Below the pieces are notes generated by a model that did not search any database, was not told the DNA's origin, and saw only the letters and a list, made by a program, of their open reading frames with translations. DNA of 64,000 nucleotides from an uncultured Candidatus Saccharibacteria bacterium (GTDB lineage: Bacteria; Patescibacteriota; Saccharimonadia; CAZBQI01): assembly GCA_964494105.1 (NCBI GenBank), contig CAZBQI010000005.1, forward strand, positions 10,646 through 74,645, written 5' to 3'. A program made the translations under genes and the position numbers. Of the stretch, positions 38,009-47,855 are shown piece by piece (position 1 is the stretch's first letter; each line of letters opens with the position of its first letter).

Positions 38009-39475
38009 ATGGACTTTTTCACTTATTTATGCTATAGTTTTCTTAGTATGACAGATACAAATAATGTTCCTGTAGCACCAAGGCATGGTTATGATTACGA
38101 AAATCTAGACCCTCAAAATCTCGGCAGTGGTGATCCTTTCGACTATGCAAAAGGTGGCATTACAGCGCAAAGACTACCATTAGATAATTATGTTAAAGGC
38201 AAAAAGCAAGACCCTCTGCAAATTGATACTGCATTCGGACGAAGAGCTTGGATCCCTGCGTTAGCTAGCGAAGTGCACGACGTAGTAAACGCCACCAAGC
38301 CAACTACCGCTCTAGAACAAACTACACAAACAATAAACGCACTGCGCTATGTTGAGCGAACTTGGTATGACCGAAGCGCTAGGCTAATTCAAGCAATTGA
38401 GTACGGAGATGATGAGAGAGCAGAACGGCTAGCCCGTGAACTTAATAGCTCTTTACAAGAAATCTACCCCTTACCAGACAAAAATAAAGTACTAACCTTA
38501 ATTTCTGCCGATTCAAGTCGTAATGAAATGGTAGCAGATGCATATAGTCAAGAACTTGAAAAGGGTAGCGCTCCGACAGAAGAGGCAGTCAATCTGGAGA
38601 AAAAATACGAAGCAGAACTATCTGAAATAGCTGGCGTAATTAAAGAAATGTACGGAGAAATTATCGATGAATCTGTACCCGAAGATAGCGTAGAAGTCTA
38701 CACCCCACATGAGGTAGAGGAAATCTTAAATCAGCTTATTCTTAAACTAAAAGAGGAAGACCCAACAGTTGCCTGGGGTAGAGTAGGTGTCTTCCTGGAA
38801 GACGGCGGAGTGGTATTTTCAACTAAATCGAGCGATGGGAAAGTGACAGTAAATGTACCTAGCGATAGCAATGAACTAAATGCCACCGAGCTACGAGGTA
38901 TTATTAGTCACGAATTATTGTGGCATGCGGCTCGCGCTGCCAACGGCTGGGAAGCAGGAAAGAATGATAAGCAACTGGCAGATATACTTGGCGTGGGAGC
39001 GCCATTTTATCTCAGATTTGAAGAGGCTATGGCGATTATTTGTGAGCTGGCGTTTACTGGTAAAATCGAGCAAATATTCATTGACCGCTATATAGATATC
39101 GCGATCGCAGCCGGGGTGTTAGACGATAAAATTCGAACTCGGCATGAGCTACAAGAGTTCGTATTCAAACGAGAACTCACCCGAAAAGGCTATTCGAGTG
39201 ATGAACAGTTGACTGTAGCAGAACAGAAAGAACTGCGCATTCATGTAGATCGAATTTACCGAGGCGGTGATGGTGGCGATGAGAATAAATTTGTAGTGAT
39301 TTTTCCCAAAGATGGCGAATACTTTGGCGGTGCCGAACCGTCCCTTCAGTGGTGGCAAAGTCAACGAGCAGAGGGTAAATCTGCATCCGAAATCTTTATT
39401 GCCGCTCGTAGAGGTAAAATTAACCCTATGATACCTGGCCAATCGGAGTTAGTGCCATTAGATAAAGCTTCATAG
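38009..39475 (+). CDS. Hypothetical HExxH-containing protein (possibly DUF1704/QEGLA-like zincin)
   Basis: 488 aa; ISHELLWHAARAANGWE (HExxH..E) followed by EEAMAIICE. Family assignment is tentative. Confidence 0.45.
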   Translation: MDFFTYLCYSFLSMTDTNNVPVAPRHGYDYENLDPQNLGSGDPFDYAKGGITAQRLPLDNYVKGKKQDPLQIDTAFGRRAWIPALASEVHDVVNATKPTTALEQTTQTINALRYVERTWYDRSARLIQAIEYGDDERAERLARELNSSLQEIYPLPDKNKVLTLISADSSRNEMVADAYSQELEKGSAPTEEAVNLEKKYEAELSEIAGVIKEMYGEIIDESVPEDSVEVYTPHEVEEILNQLILKLKEEDPTVAWGRVGVFLEDGGVVFSTKSSDGKVTVNVPSDSNELNATELRGIISHELLWHAARAANGWEAGKNDKQLADILGVGAPFYLRFEEAMAIICELAFTGKIEQIFIDRYIDIAIAAGVLDDKIRTRHELQEFVFKRELTRKGYSSDEQLTVAEQKELRIHVDRIYRGGDGGDENKFVVIFPKDGEYFGGAEPSLQWWQSQRAEGKSASEIFIAARRGKINPMIPGQSELVPLDKAS

Positions 39476-39533
39476 CTTTTATGGTTAAGTGCACCTCTGT
39501 AGGTTACAATAATTAAAGCAAGAAAAGACATAA

Positions 39534-40841
39534 ATGGACCCACAACAGCAGCCACCAGCATCTGACCCTAGGCAACCTTATCCGCCAAACGACGGTAATG
39601 CTCCCTATGCTCCACCACCCATGCCGAATGATTATCTCCAACTGACCCAACAACCTCAACCTATACCTCAACCCTCGCAAGAGCCGGTCCAATCTAGTGC
39701 ACCCGACGCTTCACAGCAATATGCAGTTGATTGGGCCAGGGCTAAAGTAGAAGCAGCCCACACAAACGAAGTAGGGCAACCAGGCCCTACCGAAAACCAC
39801 GCATCCAGCCAATCGGAGCAGGTGCAAACTGCGCCTACTCTGCCTATAGCTCCAGTACCTCCGCCAACAGATCCGCAACCACCACAATCAACATATAGCC
39901 CACCCGAGGAATTCGAAACTTTCGAACTACCCGGTACTGTCGAAGCCACCCAGCCAACAGCGGAGCCTAGCAATTCACCTAAATTATCAGAGCAATCAGT
40001 TGAGCCCATTACACCCGTTAACAATCAGTCAGAATTAACGTTAGCCACCGCCACAGCTGAGCCGACACGCTCACCGCAAACCAGTCAAAAAATAGCTAGC
40101 AAGTTTGGTGGTTTTATCAAGGATGGCAAGCTACAAATACCACACCGCCTGCGACCGGTGGTCGGAGCCGTACTAAGTGGCTTTGCCGTTTTTGCTATTT
40201 TTAATTCCCAGGTGATTATTGGTCAAGTTCAGTACATTATTAATCCGGGAACAGGAACTGGTTCAAACGTAAGTGCTGCCCTAGATGAAACCGTTGGACC
40301 TGAACCGTTAATCATAATACCCAAAATAAATGTTAGCGCTCCGGTCGTTTACGATGTTACTACGTTTAGTGAACAGGCCGTACAAAAGGGTCTAGAGCGA
40401 GGAGTTGTTCATTATGGCAACACGGCCCTGCCTGGTCAGCTCGGGAATAACGTAATTGTTGGTCACTCAAGCAATAACTGGTGGGCAAGTGGTAAATATA
40501 AGTTCGCTTTCGTCCTATTAGAGAAACTCGAAGTTGGCGATACATTTATTCTAAATTACGAATCTAAGCGCTATGTTTACGAGATTACAACAAAAAAAGT
40601 AGTCGACCCCAAAGACACAAGTGTGCTTTCGCAAAGCACCGAGGTGCCGATTACAACACTCGTAACTTGTACGCCAATTGGTACTAGCCTGAACCGCTTA
40701 ATAATTGTTGGCAAACAGATTAGCCCAAAGCCGGGAACCGAAATAAGCCCAGTTGCAACGGCTGCACCAACAGCAAACGATAAGATCCTTCCCGGAAACA
40801 CACCATCAATTATCGACAAGGTACGCGAATGGTTTCGCTAA
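39534..40841 (+). CDS. Sortase-family transpeptidase with a roughly 200-aa Pro/Gln-rich N-terminal extension
   Basis: Catalytic TLVTCTP (TLxTC) with an upstream His (NVIVGHSSN) and a conserved Arg region. One TM helix (VVGAVLSGFAVFAIF) separates the low-complexity N-terminus from the catalytic domain. Confidence 0.75.
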   Translation: MDPQQQPPASDPRQPYPPNDGNAPYAPPPMPNDYLQLTQQPQPIPQPSQEPVQSSAPDASQQYAVDWARAKVEAAHTNEVGQPGPTENHASSQSEQVQTAPTLPIAPVPPPTDPQPPQSTYSPPEEFETFELPGTVEATQPTAEPSNSPKLSEQSVEPITPVNNQSELTLATATAEPTRSPQTSQKIASKFGGFIKDGKLQIPHRLRPVVGAVLSGFAVFAIFNSQVIIGQVQYIINPGTGTGSNVSAALDETVGPEPLIIIPKINVSAPVVYDVTTFSEQAVQKGLERGVVHYGNTALPGQLGNNVIVGHSSNNWWASGKYKFAFVLLEKLEVGDTFILNYESKRYVYEITTKKVVDPKDTSVLSQSTEVPITTLVTCTPIGTSLNRLIIVGKQISPKPGTEISPVATAAPTANDKILPGNTPSIIDKVREWFR

Positions 40842-40842
40842 G

Positions 40843-42231
40843 CTATTGTCGCATCTGGACTAATTGCAAAGTCGACTGATTGGTAACCGGGGAAGCGCCA
40901 ACAAAATAAATCATCTTCTGGGAATCAGCGCTAAAAGCAGAGAAACCTAACTGTGAATCGACTAGTATTTCTGGGTTACCCCCGTCATATTCGAACAACA
41001 TCACCGATTTACCAACCTTACCCAACAGGTGATGTCGACCAAACCAGGTAATATTACTCACCGGTTGACTACCCAAAGAAAACCGGTAGGTTTTTGAAAA
41101 TTCAAAATCTAGAGTGGCAAAATTTAGAGCACCATGAAGCAATAAGTAGCGGTTGTCTTTGCTCACGGTGAAATCAACGACATCAATCGATTTGTAAATC
41201 CTATATTCGGCATTTGGCTGGTCATCGCTTTCATAGATGCCAATGCGACGAGTTGATTTGTTGTGTAATACTATTTTTTGTTTTCCGCCATAATCAACAT
41301 AGCCTAAGCCAAAATCGTCTAATGGCAGTTTTTTAAGTAGAACATTGACGCTGCCGTCAGAATTAAGCCTTTGCAATTGTTTTTCAGCGCCAACGTTACG
41401 AATCATCACTACGGAACCTGGTATTGCTAAATGACTATTGAGATTGTCAGCAAGTACGGTCGATATGGCTTTTTTAGTTAATTCGATTCGTCGCAGACCC
41501 TCCGGACTTTGCCAATATAGTTCCTGCCAATTATCATAACTGAAGCTGAGGTTGTCGATCGGAAGATTGAATTCTTTTGATAAATCGAATACTTCGGCCG
41601 GATTGCTGATACTAGTCACGTAGTAAAGCAAACGGCCACCGCCTTCTGCTCGAATCATAATGTGCTCGTTATCACGTGCCCAGGTTGCACTACTAATGCG
41701 CGTACCCCCGGCATATAGTTCCGGCGCTAAACTAAATACACCACGGGACTTAGACTTGTTCACTTCCAGAATTTCAAGATTGCTGGAACTGCTGTTCTGG
41801 GCAATCGCTATGGCTTTTTGATTGGGGCTTTGAGAAAAAACCGAAGGATTATCGAGGCTAAGCACGTTATTCACCGAAAGATTATCAGGGACCAAAAATG
41901 GGTATTGCTGCCAAGAGACGGCGGACGGCTCAACTGAAATAAGCTTGTGCCAATCGCGATATCCCGCCTTCACCAGCTTAAGCTGGAAACGCCCAGCGGG
42001 TAGAGGTATGCGTTTTGGACTATTGCCTTTCGATTTGTTATCAATAAAAACATTAGCTTCGGCCGGCTCGCTTTTGACTAAAACAAGCCCACCTTCAGTT
42101 ATTTTGCCATTTCGCCAGTCAAAGACGTAGCCTTTTCCAATCAGTACTAATACGAAAGTGGCGCCAACAATTAAAGCAACTAGTGCAATATAGGCCACAA
42201 CAGAGGTTAACTGCTTTGCTTTTACTTTCAT
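40843..42231 (-). CDS. PEGA-domain plus beta-propeller-like membrane-anchored protein
   Basis: N-terminal TM; a PEGA-like beta-sandwich (VLVKSEPAEANVFIDNKSKGNSP...GRFQLKLVKAGYRDW); a C-terminal repeat-rich region compatible with a TolB-like propeller. Confidence 0.55.
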   Translation of the reverse strand: MKVKAKQLTSVVAYIALVALIVGATFVLVLIGKGYVFDWRNGKITEGGLVLVKSEPAEANVFIDNKSKGNSPKRIPLPAGRFQLKLVKAGYRDWHKLISVEPSAVSWQQYPFLVPDNLSVNNVLSLDNPSVFSQSPNQKAIAIAQNSSSSNLEILEVNKSKSRGVFSLAPELYAGGTRISSATWARDNEHIMIRAEGGGRLLYYVTSISNPAEVFDLSKEFNLPIDNLSFSYDNWQELYWQSPEGLRRIELTKKAISTVLADNLNSHLAIPGSVVMIRNVGAEKQLQRLNSDGSVNVLLKKLPLDDFGLGYVDYGGKQKIVLHNKSTRRIGIYESDDQPNAEYRIYKSIDVVDFTVSKDNRYLLLHGALNFATLDFEFSKTYRFSLGSQPVSNITWFGRHHLLGKVGKSVMLFEYDGGNPEILVDSQLGFSAFSADSQKMIYFVGASPVTNQSTLQLVQMRQ

Positions 42232-42308
42232 GTGGGTACTAGTATACGCCTTCGAGTAGGTAGCCTGCTATGCCACCGATACGGTAAAAATGATTTATAC
42301 TATTAATC

Positions 42309-43316
42309 ATGTTTGCTAAGCGTATCGGGATAGATTTAGGTACAACAAAAACCCGTGTATATGTGCCAAAAAAGGGGATTGTGATTGATGAACCAAGCGT
42401 CGTGGCTCTTGATATCAGTAATAATACAGTCATGGCGATCGGCGTTGAAGCAGAAGAAATGCTAGGCCGAGCTCCGGATTCAATTCAGCTACACCACCCG
42501 ATTCAGGATGGCGTAATTGCTGACTTTTACGCAACTGAATCTATGCTAAAGCAATACATAAACCAGTCTATTGGTAGATTCCGACTCGTTAAGCCTGACG
42601 TGATGGTAAGTATTCCAGGCGGTGCCACCTCGACCGAGAAAAAAGCTGTGATCGACGCCGTTATGTCCGGTGGTGCCCGAAATGTATATATTATTCAGGA
42701 GCCAGTGGCTGCAGCCATTGGCGCACAAATACCCATAACTAACGCCTTAGGCAATATGGTTATTAATATCGGCGGAGGAACCACGGAAATCGCTGTTATT
42801 AGCTTGGGTGGCGTCGTAGCAAAGGCAAGTGTGAGGGTAGGTGGCAACAAAATTGATACTGCAATAGTCGAATATATGCGCCGGCAATACGGGCTTTCCA
42901 TTGGTGAGCGCACAGCAGAAGAAATCAAGCAGAAAATTGGTTCGGCAACAAACCCCAAAAAAGATATTCAGATGGCAGTAAAAGGTCGCGACATTAGTGC
43001 GGGTCTACCCAAGTCGGTTACTATTAGTAGTCGAGAAATAACACCGATTATTCAGGACGTTTTAGAGAAGATTGTTTTTAATATTCGCGCCGTTTTGGAA
43101 AAAACACCACCAGAGCTTGTTAGCGATATAATCGATCGCGGTATATTGCTTAGCGGGGGAGGATCTAGCTTAAAGAATTTAGACAAGCTATTTTCAAAAG
43201 TTTTTAATGTGCCAGTTTTTGTTGTTGATGATCCCACTAACTGCGTCATTAAAGGCACCGGATTGGCTCTAGAGAACTTAGTAGATTACCAGAAAAGCCT
43301 CCTTGCTAAGCCATGA
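42309..43316 (+). CDS. mreB: Rod-shape-determining actin homolog MreB
   Basis: IGIDLGTTKTRVY phosphate-1, INIGGGTTEIAVIS phosphate-2 and adenosine motif LLSGGGSSL. Confidence 0.9.
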   Translation: MFAKRIGIDLGTTKTRVYVPKKGIVIDEPSVVALDISNNTVMAIGVEAEEMLGRAPDSIQLHHPIQDGVIADFYATESMLKQYINQSIGRFRLVKPDVMVSIPGGATSTEKKAVIDAVMSGGARNVYIIQEPVAAAIGAQIPITNALGNMVINIGGGTTEIAVISLGGVVAKASVRVGGNKIDTAIVEYMRRQYGLSIGERTAEEIKQKIGSATNPKKDIQMAVKGRDISAGLPKSVTISSREITPIIQDVLEKIVFNIRAVLEKTPPELVSDIIDRGILLSGGGSSLKNLDKLFSKVFNVPVFVVDDPTNCVIKGTGLALENLVDYQKSLLAKP

Positions 43317-43371
43317 TAATACCTCCTCAAAAAAACGATCTTAAATTGTCAACAAGCCAAGGAATTAGCTA

Positions 43372-44658
43372 ATGGGTGTTACACACACGAAAACTCTAAC
43401 AGCGAACATATTTCTGTATGCACTACTCGGCTTGCTAGCACTGCTACCATTTCATGCCTTCGCCACTACATGGCTCGGTACAATCGTCAATAATCGACCG
43501 CAACTGCAGAGTTGGAAAGAAATAGTAGTAATCGCCTTAGGCCTATATACCGTATTCTGGGCCATTCGCGACCGCTCCTTGGGTAGGTTTTTGCTCGAGA
43601 ATTCTCTAAATAAACTAATACTCGTATACATTGCACTTCACCTTGGCCTTAGCCTAATTATTCAGCCAGAACTTACTGCTAATTTGCACGGACTAAAAAT
43701 AAACTTAGAATTTCTGGTTCTATTTTTAGCTGCCCAGGCAGTTATCTGGCGAGCCCGCCCCGTCCATATAGACCGGAAAGTGGTCGACGTATTAATTGCC
43801 GGGGGGTTAGTGGTCTCGCTGTTTGGTTTAGCACAAGCGCTAATACTACCGCCGGATTTTTTAACTAATTTTGGTTACGGGCCAGGCACAATTAATCCGT
43901 TTTTGCCAATTGCCGATAACTCAGGCTTTTACCGCATTCTTTCAACACTGGGTGGCCCAAATCAACTCGGTCAATATCTTATACTGCCTTTTGTGTGTAT
44001 CTTATATAGATCTTTTCAAACCAAGAATAACTGGTGGTTTGCTCTAACCATTCCGGTGCTTGCTTGCATGTACTTTACTTATTCTCGTAGTGCTTGGGTT
44101 GGAGCGGTATTAGCTTTATGTGTAATTCTATTAGGGCACTTTGACTGGCGAAAGGTGACGTTGATTTTTAGCCTTGGCCTGGTCGCAATTGGCATAGTAG
44201 TAGCCTTATTCGCATCGAATTCATCAATAAATACGAAACTGTCTTATTTAGTATTCCACGGCAGCACGCCGGCGACTAGCGTTAGCAACAATGATCGCAT
44301 TCTGGCAATTCGTAGTGCAGTTAACGAAGTTATTGAGCAACCATTAGGGCGAGGTCCGGGTATGGCCGGTCCGGCATCGTTTTACCTGCAGAAACATACC
44401 GGAGTAATTAGCGAAAACTACTACTTACAAATAGCCATTGAAGTAGGAATATTAGGACTTATTTTTTTTATCACCATCCTGGTAATAGCAGGGTTAAGCT
44501 TAGCCAAATTACCGCCCGGCAACGCCTTGGCTCTACCGCTCCTCGCAACTCTTATAGGGTGGTCATTTATTAACCTGGTCTTGCATGGCTGGGCTGATAG
44601 CACCTCATCGCTTATTTGGTGGGGAAGTGCCGGTGCCATCATTAGGAACACAAAATGA
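43372..44658 (+). CDS. O-antigen ligase / Wzy_C family polymerase-ligase membrane protein
   Basis: About 11 TM helices and the YFTYSRSAWVGA periplasmic-loop motif typical of Wzy_C. Confidence 0.7.
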   Translation: MGVTHTKTLTANIFLYALLGLLALLPFHAFATTWLGTIVNNRPQLQSWKEIVVIALGLYTVFWAIRDRSLGRFLLENSLNKLILVYIALHLGLSLIIQPELTANLHGLKINLEFLVLFLAAQAVIWRARPVHIDRKVVDVLIAGGLVVSLFGLAQALILPPDFLTNFGYGPGTINPFLPIADNSGFYRILSTLGGPNQLGQYLILPFVCILYRSFQTKNNWWFALTIPVLACMYFTYSRSAWVGAVLALCVILLGHFDWRKVTLIFSLGLVAIGIVVALFASNSSINTKLSYLVFHGSTPATSVSNNDRILAIRSAVNEVIEQPLGRGPGMAGPASFYLQKHTGVISENYYLQIAIEVGILGLIFFITILVIAGLSLAKLPPGNALALPLLATLIGWSFINLVLHGWADSTSSLIWWGSAGAIIRNTK

Positions 44659-45773
44659 CGCAACATAACAAAAGCCAACCAAAAATCGCTATTGTTCATG
44701 ACTGGCTCAACACAAAGCACGGTGGTGCCGAACGCGTGCTACTTGAGCTTGCAAAAATATACCCCGAAGCGCCAATCTTTACCTTGCTATATAACGAACA
44801 GAAGTTTGGCAAATTAATAGAGCCCGGCAGAATCCATTCATCTAAATTGCAAAATTATCCCCAATTTCTGCGTAATAGATCACGCTATCTACTGCCATTA
44901 ATACCGAAAGCCATCGAGGCTTTTGACCTTAGTGAATTCGACGTCGTTATTTCTAATTCAAGTGCTTTCGTAAAGAATGTTATTACTAAGCCCTCAACTA
45001 TACATATTTGCTATTGCAATAGTCCGATGCGATTTGCCTGGGATTATTGGCCAAGCTATATAAATGACCAAAACGTCGGCTCAGTACGCAAAGCTTTTAT
45101 ATCGAAGCAAATTAGCAAAATTCGACTTTGGGATTACTATGGTAGTGCTCGGGTAGATAAATGGATCGCAAATTCGAATCATGTGTCCAGACGCATTAAA
45201 AAATACTACCATCAAAACTCTGTGGTCATTTACCCTCCGGTTGATACGGAATCCTTCGCACACAATGACAAGAATAAGGGCAACTATTATGTCACCATGT
45301 CGGCTCATACCCCCTATAAGAGACTCGACCTGGCCATTGAAGCTTTCAATCAGCGAGGCGATACACTTATTATCCTGGGTGAAGGGCCTGAGCGATCTCG
45401 ACTAGAGAAACTCGCCAAGCCAAATATCGAATTTAAAGGCTATATAAGTGAACATGAACGCGAGAAGATTTTAGGTAGCGCAAAAGCTCTTATTTTTCCA
45501 AGTGAAGAGGATTTTGGTATAGCAATGGTAGAGGCATTGGCTGCAGGCACGCCAGTAGTCGCCTATAACAAGGGTGGTGCCCAAGAAATCGTAACCAATG
45601 GCAAGACGGGTATTCTATTCGACAAACAAACCACGCAGGCCCTAAACAAAGCTATCGACTCGCTGGCAGAAATCAACACTTCGTCATCCGAACTCCGGGC
45701 ATCGGCCAAAAGCTTTGATAAGAAAATCTTTAGTGAAAAAATTAGAACGTTTGTAAACGAGGCGATTAAATAA
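44655..45773 (+). CDS. GT4 glycosyltransferase
   Basis: C-terminal EEDFGIAMVEALAAGTPVVA (E-x7-E); ATGA overlap with the previous gene. Confidence 0.85.
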   Translation: MTQHNKSQPKIAIVHDWLNTKHGGAERVLLELAKIYPEAPIFTLLYNEQKFGKLIEPGRIHSSKLQNYPQFLRNRSRYLLPLIPKAIEAFDLSEFDVVISNSSAFVKNVITKPSTIHICYCNSPMRFAWDYWPSYINDQNVGSVRKAFISKQISKIRLWDYYGSARVDKWIANSNHVSRRIKKYYHQNSVVIYPPVDTESFAHNDKNKGNYYVTMSAHTPYKRLDLAIEAFNQRGDTLIILGEGPERSRLEKLAKPNIEFKGYISEHEREKILGSAKALIFPSEEDFGIAMVEALAAGTPVVAYNKGGAQEIVTNGKTGILFDKQTTQALNKAIDSLAEINTSSSELRASAKSFDKKIFSEKIRTFVNEAIK

Positions 45774-45774
45774 T

Positions 45775-46614
45775 ATGTCGACTCAAACCAAATTTCAAAA
45801 GATATCTCTGCTAGATATTGAGGTCGACAAACTCGGTATGTCTCAAGCCGCAGACGAAATATCCAGACTGATTAAGACCAAGAAAAGCTACTATATCGTT
45901 AAGCCTTATGTAGAGTTTTTTGATAAATCAAAACAGACCAACGAGACAAAATCACTCATTAACAATGCCTACTTATGCCTGCCCGATGGCGTTTCGCTAA
46001 ATTGGGCAGCCTATTACAAAAATAAAACTAATCGCCGAAGGCTAGATGTTGTTTCAAGCTTAGCTAAAATTGTGTTTTCACCGGCAGAACTGCATGTTGC
46101 ACTACCAAACCATTCATGGGGCACAAATTTTACCTACACTCTACTCAAGCAAGCCGAAGAGAAAGGACATACGGTATTTTTAGTCGGCTCTCCAAAAGCA
46201 AGCACAATTCTTAACACGAAAAAATACTTACTTAAGCACATGCCAAAGCTTAATATCGTAGGTACTTTTAACGGTAGGGACGGCCGAGTCGGTTATTTTA
46301 CAGAGGCTATGGAGGTTGAGTTAACTAAAATCATAAAATCTACCCAACCCGATATCGTACTGGTTGGACTGGGTTTTCCACTACAAGAAAGGGTAGTAGC
46401 TAAACTTGCAGGTAAATTTAAACACGGCGTTTTCATCGGTGAAGGTGGCACCTTTGACTTTACTAACTTTGGTGGCAAAATTTCTAAAGCGCCAATTGCC
46501 ATGCAACGAATGGGCCTGGAATGGCTTTGGAGGCTCTACAAAGAACCCAGTCGGCTCAAGCGTCAACTTGCAATTCCAAAATTCATATATGAGGTATACC
46601 GCTATTACAAATAG
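45775..46614 (+). CDS. GT26 WecB/TagA/CpsF-family glycosyltransferase
   Basis: Glyco_tran_WecB pattern VLVGLGFPLQERVVAKL and C-terminal LEWLWRL. Confidence 0.8.
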   Translation: MSTQTKFQKISLLDIEVDKLGMSQAADEISRLIKTKKSYYIVKPYVEFFDKSKQTNETKSLINNAYLCLPDGVSLNWAAYYKNKTNRRRLDVVSSLAKIVFSPAELHVALPNHSWGTNFTYTLLKQAEEKGHTVFLVGSPKASTILNTKKYLLKHMPKLNIVGTFNGRDGRVGYFTEAMEVELTKIIKSTQPDIVLVGLGFPLQERVVAKLAGKFKHGVFIGEGGTFDFTNFGGKISKAPIAMQRMGLEWLWRLYKEPSRLKRQLAIPKFIYEVYRYYK

Positions 46615-46690
46615 ATAGCAATTGCAAATACCCAATATAAATTTTATGATAGTTCTAAGCGTAAGAGTTAATTCGTAAGGTAACAATAAA

Positions 46691-47785
46691 GTGCAATGTT
46701 CAAACTGCGGTAAGAAAAACAAAGTCATTCTAAACGGTAAATCCTATTGCGCGGATTGCGGTGAGCCTATGGGAAATCACAAACAGGCATCTGCCAAGCA
46801 AGCTGTTGGTCACATTGTAAAAAAAACCACCACCAATCGGGCGAATACAGTTGTAAATTTAAAGAAATCAAATCACTCTAATTTGCTCGATCTTTCAAAA
46901 ACCAGCAAGAAAACAGTGCCAAAACCTTCGCGTCCTGCTCAAAACATCCACGGAATTAGGAAAAACCAAACTCCACAAAAGATTCAAGCAACTCAAACGA
47001 AGCCACGAAAGACTATGGTGTCGCCAGCGTCCACTACTCGAAGCCAGCGCATGTCGCGGGCTAAATCAATAAAGCGCGTCGACAGTATCAAGAAGTTTAA
47101 TAGTGATTTTCTTACGAAATACGATTCCCCCAAAGCCATAACACCATTTAAGGCGAATATCGAAACGGAAATGCGTCCTCACGAAACATATCGGCTCGCG
47201 ACCAATGAACCCAGCACACCCTCAAAAGCTCTTGAAAAGCACCCAGCCATAGAGGACCTAGCCGAATTGCATAGAGAATCACAAAAGAAACGCCCAAGCC
47301 TAAAGCAACGCCTCGCGAGTATGTTTACGCATCCGCAATTTGCTACAGTTGCTGCGGTAGCTGCGTGTTTTTTGTTGCTAGCCGGTTTTGTAACCTACCT
47401 TAATTACCCCCGGCTATCTATTAGGGTTGCTACATCTAGGGCGGGGTTTGATGCTCAGCTACCAAGATATATTCCGGCAGGATACGGGTTTAGTAGTGAT
47501 GTGACGTCATCGAATGGTTTTATATCAATGCATTTCGATTCTCGTAGCGATGAAACCAGCCTAGCATTAACCCAGCGCCAGACAAATTGGGACTCAGCTT
47601 CGCTTTTAGAAAATTACGTAAAACCACGTAGCGAAAAATATTTGACCTTCCAACAAAATGGCCTAATTATTTACGTTTACAACGGGAACAACGCCGCATG
47701 GGTAAACAGCGGAATATTTTATGCGCTCGAAGGCAACAGTCGCCTATCTAGCGAACAGCTAATCAAAATAGCAACCAGCCTGTAA
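46691..47785 (+). CDS. Zinc-ribbon / basic linker / single-TM / extracytoplasmic-domain protein (anti-sigma-factor-like architecture)
   Basis: GTG start; C4 ribbon CSNCG...CADCG; about 180 aa K/R/S/T-rich linker; TM FATVAAVAACFLLLAGFVTYL; roughly 130-aa C-terminal domain. Confidence 0.5.
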   Translation: MQCSNCGKKNKVILNGKSYCADCGEPMGNHKQASAKQAVGHIVKKTTTNRANTVVNLKKSNHSNLLDLSKTSKKTVPKPSRPAQNIHGIRKNQTPQKIQATQTKPRKTMVSPASTTRSQRMSRAKSIKRVDSIKKFNSDFLTKYDSPKAITPFKANIETEMRPHETYRLATNEPSTPSKALEKHPAIEDLAELHRESQKKRPSLKQRLASMFTHPQFATVAAVAACFLLLAGFVTYLNYPRLSIRVATSRAGFDAQLPRYIPAGYGFSSDVTSSNGFISMHFDSRSDETSLALTQRQTNWDSASLLENYVKPRSEKYLTFQQNGLIIYVYNGNNAAWVNSGIFYALEGNSRLSSEQLIKIATSL

Positions 47786-47855
47786 TCCTTTCAGAAAGCG
47801 CTTCTGCTTGTCTAATGGATAAATTATTGTATTGTTATGAGTACTAGGAGTACAA

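Noticed and set aside
39668-40024. Antisense ORFs (118 aa and others) inside the sortase 5' region, and similar antisense ORFs at 181-363, 1580-1840, 2048-2365, 2947-3630, 7792-8082, 27495-27922, 30836-31036, 31648-32138, 35091-35688, 58303-59149 and 60789-61361
   Set aside because: They are embedded opposite well-supported genes, lack RBS or conservation cues, and are explained by GC-rich low-complexity codons (the Pro-rich arm) or by chance.
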